Part shown: positions 34,840 through 40,915 of the stretch, piece after piece | How the letters are laid out: each line of letters opens with the position of its first letter | Numbering within the stretch: position 1 is the first letter of the stretch | Assembly: GCA_903858975.1 (NCBI GenBank) | Contig: CAIOKW010000017.1 | Span: forward strand, 1-40,915 | From: Oligoflexia bacterium | GTDB lineage: Bacteria; Bdellovibrionota; UBA1018; CAIMNF01 | Length of the DNA stretch: 40,915 bases | Direction of reading: 5' to 3' | Translations under genes and position numbers: made by a program | Notes under the pieces: generated by a model | The model's database searches: none | What the model saw: the letters and a program-made list of their open reading frames with translations, nothing else | What the model was told of the DNA's origin: nothing

Positions 34840-35985
34840 CTACTTACGATCGAAAATCTCTTTCGCAATAATCAATCGCTGAATCTGCGATGTTCCTTCA
34901 TAGATCTGGTAAATCTTCGCGTCGCGCATCAACTTTTCTACAGGGTACTCTTTAGAATATCCGTATCCGCCGAATACTTGAACCGCATCGGTGGTCACCT
35001 TCATCGCCATATCAGCCGCATAAGATTTTGCGAAGGCTGCAAACTTAGTGTTTCTGCGGCCTTGATCGATTTCCCAACCTGCGCGCCACACGAGGTATCG
35101 TGCCGCTTCAATGTCTTTTGCCATGTCAGCAATCATGAAGCTGATCGCTTGATAACTTGAAATCGGTACCCCGAAGGTTTTACGAGTCTGTGCATAACTG
35201 ATGGACTCATCCATCGCGCGTCTCGCAAGACCAACAGCACCCGCCGCAACTACCGGACGAGTGTGATCAAATGCGCTCATCGCAATTTTAAATCCATCGC
35301 CTTCATTCCCTAAACGGTATTTCGCTGGAACTTTTACATCTTCAAAGGTAATTCCACGAGTATCGGAAGCACGTTGGCCCAAGTTGTCTTCTTTACGTCC
35401 TACGGTAATACCCGGAGTATCGCGTGGCACGAGGAATCCAGACATTCCGCGATGCTTTTGAGATGGATCCGTGTAAGCAAGAACAAAGTACCAACTCGCT
35501 ACACTGGCATTCGTGATCCACATTTTTGCACCATTGATCACATAATCATCGCCCACTTTTTTCGCAGTCGTTGTGATGCCGGCCACATCAGATCCTGCAC
35601 CTGGCTCTGTTACACAATAAGCTGCATATTTTGGCTCACTGGTGAGCATGCCTAAAAATTGTTTCTTTTGCTCATCATTACCGGCCACCATCACCGGTGC
35701 AGATGCAAGCGCATTTGCTTCCATCGCGGTCGCAATACCGGTACAACCGTAAGCCAATTCTTCAGTAATGATAATTCCATCCAGAACACCGAGTCCGAGC
35801 CCGCCGTATTCCTGAGAAATGTGAGTATTCATGAGCCCGAGTTCCCAGGCTTTTTTTGTCACCTCATACGGAAACTCTCCCGTATGATCATGGTGCTCGG
35901 CCTTTGGAATCATTTCCTCTTTTGCAAATTTGCGTGCGAGTTCTTGAAGCTGCTTTTGCTCATCTGAGAGTTCGAAACTAATCAT
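34840..35985 (-). CDS. acyl-CoA dehydrogenase (short/medium-chain, butyryl-CoA dehydrogenase-like)
   Basis: 381-aa ORF. Motifs: [59 protein letters not shown]. Confidence 0.93.
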   Translation of the reverse strand: MISFELSDEQKQLQELARKFAKEEMIPKAEHHDHTGEFPYEVTKKAWELGLMNTHISQEYGGLGLGVLDGIIITEELAYGCTGIATAMEANALASAPVMVAGNDEQKKQFLGMLTSEPKYAAYCVTEPGAGSDVAGITTTAKKVGDDYVINGAKMWITNASVASWYFVLAYTDPSQKHRGMSGFLVPRDTPGITVGRKEDNLGQRASDTRGITFEDVKVPAKYRLGNEGDGFKIAMSAFDHTRPVVAAGAVGLARRAMDESISYAQTRKTFGVPISSYQAISFMIADMAKDIEAARYLVWRAGWEIDQGRRNTKFAAFAKSYAADMAMKVTTDAVQVFGGYGYSKEYPVEKLMRDAKIYQIYEGTSQIQRLIIAKEIFDRK

Positions 35986-36069
35986 GACTTATTTAGGTCC
36001 TTTCATTTAGGAATTTAGGGACAGTGTATCAGGTTTTTAGTTTAAACAATGAGTGTTGAATTTATTTTT

Positions 36070-36900
36070 TTACGACAGGGATTTGACGTCGCTCTTAAGC
36101 GCCTTTTCAATTTGTCGAAGGTACTCAAGTAAATTCACCGGCTTTGGAAAAACATGAATGACCGAGCCCTTTGAAAGTTGCTTGAGCGCCTGCACGCTCT
36201 TTGCTTCTTGAAGGACGGGATCATAAACCACAAACACGTGCGGATGAACCTTTTCATCCAAGATCCGCTTTAAGAGTAAGGGCCAAAAACTTGCCGCGAA
36301 ATGATCCAGATCAAGAATGAAAAGATCTCCCGTCAAAATAGAGGGAATCAGCTTACCAGGGTCGACCGATTGACTGAAATCTTCGTTGATCACTTGAAGA
36401 TCGAGGTATTGCTCGAGGAGTTTCTTTTGTACCTCACGCTCGCGCGCCCCATGGCCTAACATGAGGGTTCGTTTATTCAGGTATTGGGTGGTAACCGCTT
36501 TTTCGCGTTTTTCTGCAATCAAAGAGCGAAATGCATCCCGCATGGAAACCACACCCGCCACATGGGAGTGTCCAATTTCTGTCTCATAAACGATCGGTAG
36601 GTGACGAATGTTGTGCTCGACCATCACCTCGGGGGCTCGATCAATCTCCAGTAAGGACAGAGAGATAATCTTCTTCGTCATGATCGTTGCGATCGCGGTA
36701 TCCCAAGATCCATGTTTCTCAATTTCCCCCACCCACTTTAAAAGGTCTCTCTCGGTAAAGATCCCCACCAAGTTATGAGGGTGCTGGTAATTATTGACGA
36801 GTACCGAGCCGACATTATGCTCCCGCATCACGCGAAGGGTTTCGCGGATCGTGGTATCCGAGGGGACACTAATTGCAGGGGATGGGCTCAGATTCTCCAT
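36070..36900 (-). CDS. CBS-pair protein with C-terminal degenerate receiver-like domain
   Basis: 276-aa ORF with two CBS repeats (VGSVLV...LVGIFTERDLL; HLPIV...VAGVVSMRDAF). The C-terminal half has a receiver-like beta/alpha pattern (DLFILDLD, HVFVVYDP, FPKP) but lacks the N-terminal acidic DD pair. Confidence 0.75.
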   Translation of the reverse strand: MENLSPSPAISVPSDTTIRETLRVMREHNVGSVLVNNYQHPHNLVGIFTERDLLKWVGEIEKHGSWDTAIATIMTKKIISLSLLEIDRAPEVMVEHNIRHLPIVYETEIGHSHVAGVVSMRDAFRSLIAEKREKAVTTQYLNKRTLMLGHGAREREVQKKLLEQYLDLQVINEDFSQSVDPGKLIPSILTGDLFILDLDHFAASFWPLLLKRILDEKVHPHVFVVYDPVLQEAKSVQALKQLSKGSVIHVFPKPVNLLEYLRQIEKALKSDVKSLS

Positions 36901-36903
36901 TTG

Positions 36904-37959
36904 CTAGAACTCCCTAAAATAGTGGCAAGTATAACCGTTTGGATTCTTAACGAGGTAATCCTGATGATAGCCCTCTGCTGAATAGAAAGGGCTTGCCTTG
37001 ACCACTTCAGTAACAATGGGCTTTTTCCATTTACCGGAGGCTTCCCATTCCTTAATTTTTTTCGTGGCTGCCTCTTTCTGCACATCATCCGAATAAAAAA
37101 TCACGGAGCGATACTGTGATCCCACATCATTACCCTGTTGGTTTGGCGTGGTTGGATTGTGGAGAGTGAAAAAGAAATCGAGGAGCTTGTCATAGCCGAT
37201 TACTTTCGGATCAAAGGTGATCTTCACACTCTCGGCGTGACCCGTCTTACCTTTTTTCACTTCATCATAAACCGGGTTTTCCGTGATGCCGCCTGCGTAA
37301 CCGACTTCAGTATCAATCACGCCTGGAATTTTACGAAGTAAATCTTGAACTCCCCAAAAACAACCTCCTGCAAGAACTGCGGTTTGATACTCGTGCTTAC
37401 TCATGCGTTCATCCCTTTTCTTTTTCTCGGCCTCTAAGACCTCAGTCGTAAACAGATCCTTAAATTTTCCATATCCTTCTTTTTCAAGATTGAGCGCATT
37501 GATAAAACGCAGAGATGCGGAATTGATACAATAGCGTTTGTGTGTGGGGGCAGGACCATCATCAAAGACATGTCCCAAGTGAGAACCCGCAACGGATGAT
37601 TTCACTTCAGTCCGGATCATTCCATGGCTCTTGTCTTCTTCCACTTTGACCATTTTTTCATCAATGGGCCTGGAGAAGCTCGGCCAGCCGGTTCCTGAAT
37701 CGAATTTGTCTTTAGAACTAAAAAGCGGCTTTCCATCGACGACATCGACATAAATGCCCGCATCGTGATTGTTCCAATAGGCGTTGTTAAAAGGGTTCTC
37801 CGTTGCGCAAAGCTGCGTGACCTGATACTGCTCTTTCGTGAGATTCTTAATGACATTTGCGTTAGACAATCGGTGCTCCTGAGTTCCCCCATTGGTTTGA
37901 TGGGTGCAAGAAAGACTAAAAAGGATAAGAAGAATGCTGCTTAAGAAATGGATCTTCAT
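36904..37959 (-). CDS. msrAB: exported bifunctional methionine sulfoxide reductase, MsrB-MsrA domain order
   Basis: 351-aa ORF with N-terminal signal [18 protein letters not shown]. MsrB motifs: [44 protein letters not shown]. MsrA motifs: [33 protein letters not shown]. Confidence 0.9.
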   Translation of the reverse strand: MKIHFLSSILLILFSLSCTHQTNGGTQEHRLSNANVIKNLTKEQYQVTQLCATENPFNNAYWNNHDAGIYVDVVDGKPLFSSKDKFDSGTGWPSFSRPIDEKMVKVEEDKSHGMIRTEVKSSVAGSHLGHVFDDGPAPTHKRYCINSASLRFINALNLEKEGYGKFKDLFTTEVLEAEKKKRDERMSKHEYQTAVLAGGCFWGVQDLLRKIPGVIDTEVGYAGGITENPVYDEVKKGKTGHAESVKITFDPKVIGYDKLLDFFFTLHNPTTPNQQGNDVGSQYRSVIFYSDDVQKEAATKKIKEWEASGKWKKPIVTEVVKASPFYSAEGYHQDYLVKNPNGYTCHYFREF

Positions 37960-38519
37960 TTTTTAAGCGCGGCCTCGATCGCATTTTTCATCTCACCACT
38001 TTCGGGCTCTACGCCAGAACGGAATCGCGCGAGAACTTTGCCATCTTTAGAGATGAGAAACTTCTCGAAATTCCATGCCACTTCGCTTGCACTCTTGCCT
38101 TTGCCGGGCTCGTGATTGATTAACCAGTCATAGAGGGGTTGCTTGAGATTTCCAGATACGGGATTTTTTTCGAAAAGCGGAAAGGAAACTTTATATTTAG
38201 TCTCACAAAAGGTTTTAATTTCTTTTGCAGATCCGGGCTCTTGTTGTCCAAAATCATTACTCGGAAAAGCGAGAATTTCTAATCCTTGGCTTTGATACTT
38301 TTGATAAATCGCTTGAAGCCCTTGATACTGGGGCGTGTATCCACAATGAGATGCAGTGTTAACGATCAAGAGTGGCTTCCCTTTATATTTAGATAAGGTG
38401 ATTGCCTCTCCTGCGAGCGTGTTTACTTTAAACCCATAAACATTTTCAGGCTCCTTCATCGCGTGAGCCGATCCGATTCCAAGACCAAAGAGTAGCACCA
38501 TCAATAGAGAATTTTTCAT
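37956..38519 (-). CDS. glutathione peroxidase family (Cys-type) with signal peptide
   Basis: ATG 38519 gives [20 protein letters not shown]. The longer ORF to 38615 would overlap the upstream gene. Motifs: [30 protein letters not shown]. Confidence 0.9.
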   Translation of the reverse strand: MKNSLLMVLLFGLGIGSAHAMKEPENVYGFKVNTLAGEAITLSKYKGKPLLIVNTASHCGYTPQYQGLQAIYQKYQSQGLEILAFPSNDFGQQEPGSAKEIKTFCETKYKVSFPLFEKNPVSGNLKQPLYDWLINHEPGKGKSASEVAWNFEKFLISKDGKVLARFRSGVEPESGEMKNAIEAALKK

Positions 38520-38574
38520 ACTCTCGAGTCTAACATCGAACAATTTTGCGTACAATGTGGGCAAAATGACGCTT

Positions 38575-39975
38575 TTATTCAACTGCCGTGGCTTTGATAT
38601 TGAGTTCCTGCTCAATTTTTTTCGCTAGGGCTTTTGACGCACTTGGGACGCCGTGATTGAGGAGCACTTGCTGCGGCGGGTGACTCGCACTCCTGATCCA
38701 ATTCAAAAGATCATTGCAATCACCGTGAGCAGAAAGGGATTCAATCGATTCAATACTCGCCCTTACTGGAACTGGCTCGTGGTGAATCCTCAACACACCC
38801 TCAATCTTTCCTTGGTTCTTTAAGAACCATCCTTTTGTTCCTTCCGCTTGGTAGCCCACAAAGAGAACCGCATTCCTCTCGTCGGGCAATCGGGTCTTCA
38901 GGTGATGCAATACGCGTCCCCCTTGAAGCATTCCGGATGCAGAAATAATCACAAGCGGGCCCTTTCGATTTGCAACTTCAATTGACTCTTGAGTATTTCG
39001 AATGAGTTCAAAACGATTGGGGTAAAAGTTTCGCGACTTCTTCTCAAAACTTAAATTAGGTGGATGATCTTCGGGGTGATCAAGATAGATCTTCGTCGCT
39101 TCAGTGGACATCGGTGAATCCAAGATCACGGGTATGGGAGAAATCCGTTTTTGATCTTCTAAGAGACGAATTAAAAATAGAACCTCTTGAGCCCTACCCA
39201 CCGCGAATGAAGGAATGACAAGCACTCCGCCATTATTTTGAATGCGCTTCAGGACTTCTTCTAAGCAATCCAAGGCAACTTGATTCGAGTGGACGCGGTC
39301 ACCATACGTACTCTCTAGAATGAGCAAGTCGGTATCCGGCAAAGCATCCGGACCCTTAATGGTTTCCTGCCTGCCATGTCCAACGTCGCCACTGAAAGTA
39401 ATCAAACAGTCTTTTTCAGCGCACTTTACCTTAAGGCGCATTGCCGTTGAACCTATGATGTGTCCCGTTCTGGAGAGCGACACTTCCACTCCGGGAACGA
39501 CCGTTTGCCAAATTTTTAGCGGTAAGGCTTTAATGAGAGGAAGTGTTTGTTGAACATCTTGAATTGTATAAAGCGGTTCTGCTGGCTTGTGGTGTGAGTA
39601 GCCGGAACGGTTTGCGAATTCTGCATCTTCTTCTTGGATGTGAGCGGAGTCCATCAAGATAACCTTCATCAGGTCTCGGGTTCCGGGAGAACAATAAACG
39701 GGTCCACAGTAACCCATTCGAACTAAGCGAGGAAGATATCCGCAGTGATCGAGGTGCGCGTGCGTGATCAAAATGGCATCAATTTGCTTTAGCTCATCTG
39801 GAAGTGGAGCCCAGTTCTGCTCTTTACTTGTTTTCTCACCCTGAAAAAGTCCACAATCCACCAGAATGTTTTTGTTATGGGCTTTGACGAGAGTCTTGCT
39901 GCCTGTGACCTCGCCGGCCGCTCCTAAAAATTTCAATTCAGCTTTATGAAAACGAAATGTTCTTTGTTCGCTCAT
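38575..39975 (-). CDS. MBL-fold metallo-hydrolase of the beta-CASP (CPSF73/RNase J-like) RNA-metabolising type
   Basis: 466-aa ORF. Motifs: ILVDCG, ITHAHLDHCG (HxHxDH), GDVG, LILESTYG, SLSAHGD. Confidence 0.85.
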   Translation of the reverse strand: MSEQRTFRFHKAELKFLGAAGEVTGSKTLVKAHNKNILVDCGLFQGEKTSKEQNWAPLPDELKQIDAILITHAHLDHCGYLPRLVRMGYCGPVYCSPGTRDLMKVILMDSAHIQEEDAEFANRSGYSHHKPAEPLYTIQDVQQTLPLIKALPLKIWQTVVPGVEVSLSRTGHIIGSTAMRLKVKCAEKDCLITFSGDVGHGRQETIKGPDALPDTDLLILESTYGDRVHSNQVALDCLEEVLKRIQNNGGVLVIPSFAVGRAQEVLFLIRLLEDQKRISPIPVILDSPMSTEATKIYLDHPEDHPPNLSFEKKSRNFYPNRFELIRNTQESIEVANRKGPLVIISASGMLQGGRVLHHLKTRLPDERNAVLFVGYQAEGTKGWFLKNQGKIEGVLRIHHEPVPVRASIESIESLSAHGDCNDLLNWIRSASHPPQQVLLNHGVPSASKALAKKIEQELNIKATAVE

Positions 39976-40066
39976 CTTGGATGCACTTTAACACGATTTA
40001 AAAATGCGGAATGCGTAAAAAACCCACTCCCCCATTCCATTGGTGCTCCGCAAAAGGAATGCCGAA

Positions 40067-40915
40067 ATGAGACAGAGCATATCGCGCCAAGGTCTCAGTT
40101 ATCGCTACACTCTTGATAGCCAGGTACTTCCTCACTTCCAAGGAGTGGGAATGAACAAGATCAATCACTTGATGATTGAAAGCGTTCGGAATCATTACCT
40201 TCGCGATGGCTTAAAATCAAAAACGATCAATCGGGTGATGACCATTATTTGTCTCATTATCAAATTCGCCCTTGAGCAAGGTGAACTTTATCAGAACCCG
40301 ATTAGAAAAAGCCTGTACCTCAAAGATGAGGCAAAGCAGTTTAGCTATTTCGAGAAGGAGGAGATTCACGCCCTCTTAAGAAGCAGTCGAGAGTTAAGTT
40401 CTTTTCCAGTACTTTTTCTCGCAGTAAATACGGGAATGAGACTCGGCGAATTACTGGGGCTCCGTTGGGACCGGGTGAATTTCAACTCTAACAAGATTGA
40501 GATCACTCGGACACTTCACGCAAAGGGAATCCTTCAGGAGAAAACAAAGAGTGGTAAGGCGAGATATTTTCCAATGAACGAAAATGTCAGATCTTTTCTC
40601 TTACAACTTAAGGCAAAAAGCTCAGGCACTGGATTCGTATTTACGAACCAGAATGGTGATCCGTTTAACCCGGATCATTTTAGTGGGCGAAACTTTAAGC
40701 GGGCTTGTAAGAGGGCAAAGGTGCGCTGCTTGCGGTTTCACGACCTCAGGCACACTTATGCAAGCCACTTCATGATGAATGGCGGGACCATTTTCGACTT
40801 GAGGGTGATGCTTGGTCATTCAGACATTAAGACCACGATGATTTATGCTCACCTCTCTCAAGAGCACCTGATGGATGCATCTAAGAAGGTGAACTTCGGG
40901 GTCTTCAATGAAGAG
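40067..40915 (+). CDS. tyrosine recombinase / phage-type integrase, 3' end cut by window edge
   Basis: It is absent from the ORF track because no stop codon occurs before the window end. The frame is open from 40019 to 40915, with the first ATG at 40067 (TTG 40040 and GTG 40043 are also possible). My translation shows LPHFQGVGMNKINHLMIE...TINRVM (core-binding domain), NTGMRLGELLGLRW (Arg I), RFHDLRHTYAS (H-x-x-R) and LGHSDIKTTMIYAH (His plus catalytic Tyr). Confidence 0.85.
   Translation, partial: MRQSISRQGLSYRYTLDSQVLPHFQGVGMNKINHLMIESVRNHYLRDGLKSKTINRVMTIICLIIKFALEQGELYQNPIRKSLYLKDEAKQFSYFEKEEIHALLRSSRELSSFPVLFLAVNTGMRLGELLGLRWDRVNFNSNKIEITRTLHAKGILQEKTKSGKARYFPMNENVRSFLLQLKAKSSGTGFVFTNQNGDPFNPDHFSGRNFKRACKRAKVRCLRFHDLRHTYASHFMMNGGTIFDLRVMLGHSDIKTTMIYAHLSQEHLMDASKKVNFGVFNEE

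Noticed and set aside
39976-40066. A tRNA or att site upstream of the integrase.
   Set aside because: No cloverleaf-compatible sequence or T-loop GTTCGAATC-like motif is visible in the gap.
39998-40195. 65-aa minus-strand ORF. Also the 63-aa and 65-aa ORFs at 40584-40775 (+) and 40622-40819 (-).
   Set aside because: All overlap the open-ended plus-strand frame that encodes clear tyrosine-recombinase motifs.
1-40915. CRISPR arrays, rRNA or tRNA genes, IS elements or transposases, toxin-antitoxin pairs and recognisable defence systems.
   Set aside because: No regularly spaced direct repeats, conserved rRNA or tRNA sequence, transposase-like ORFs or small paired ORFs were seen. Nearly all sequence is covered by the long ORFs listed. 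This was an eye scan only, so short or degenerate elements could have been missed.

Overview
This 40.9-kb bacterial window (Gram-negative-type gene content) was read by eye, using motif recognition only, with no database searches. The organism cannot be established. TRL lipoprotein, KirBac, PilZ and RDD genes faintly suggest a Bdellovibrio-like lineage.

Left part (about 1-27046): a large surface-polysaccharide (O-antigen or capsule-like) locus that uses ABC-transporter export (wzm/wzt). It contains:
- a GDP-colitose branch (colD, gmd, colC-like), rmlA and wecB;
- eight GT-A/GT-B glycosyltransferases, one of them GtrB/ArnC-like;
- polytopic GT-C-like membrane proteins;
- two PaaK/CapK-like adenylate-forming paralogs mirrored around wzm-wzt-GT;
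- a coiled-coil SAM methyltransferase, a divergent CE4-like deacetylase candidate, an AT3-SGNH O-acyltransferase and several proteins of unknown function.
No initiating phosphoglycosyltransferase, Wzx, Wzy or ligase was recognised.

Right part (27036-40915): mixed envelope and housekeeping genes.
- Envelope: KirBac K+ channel, TRL lipoprotein, another GT-C-like membrane protein, a lipoprotein that looks like a catalytically dead trypsin-fold protein, an RDD protein and a membrane PilZ protein.
- Housekeeping: tadA, a signal-peptide-bearing methyltransferase, rsgA (lacking its zinc knuckle), acyl-CoA dehydrogenase and a CBS/pseudo-receiver protein.
- Redox and RNA: exported MsrB-MsrA, exported glutathione peroxidase and a beta-CASP MBL nuclease.
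- A tyrosine recombinase is cut by the window end.
No rRNA, tRNA, CRISPR array or IS element was seen.

Most unusual signals:
1. Two convergent, structurally homologous branched-hairpin/U-tract elements share a 22-nt core in the rsgA/acd intergenic region.
2. A G9 homopolymer lies inside wzt and is a candidate phase-variation switch.
3. The duplicated adenylating enzymes, together with wecB and the deacetylase candidate, suggest an atypically decorated colitose-containing glycan.
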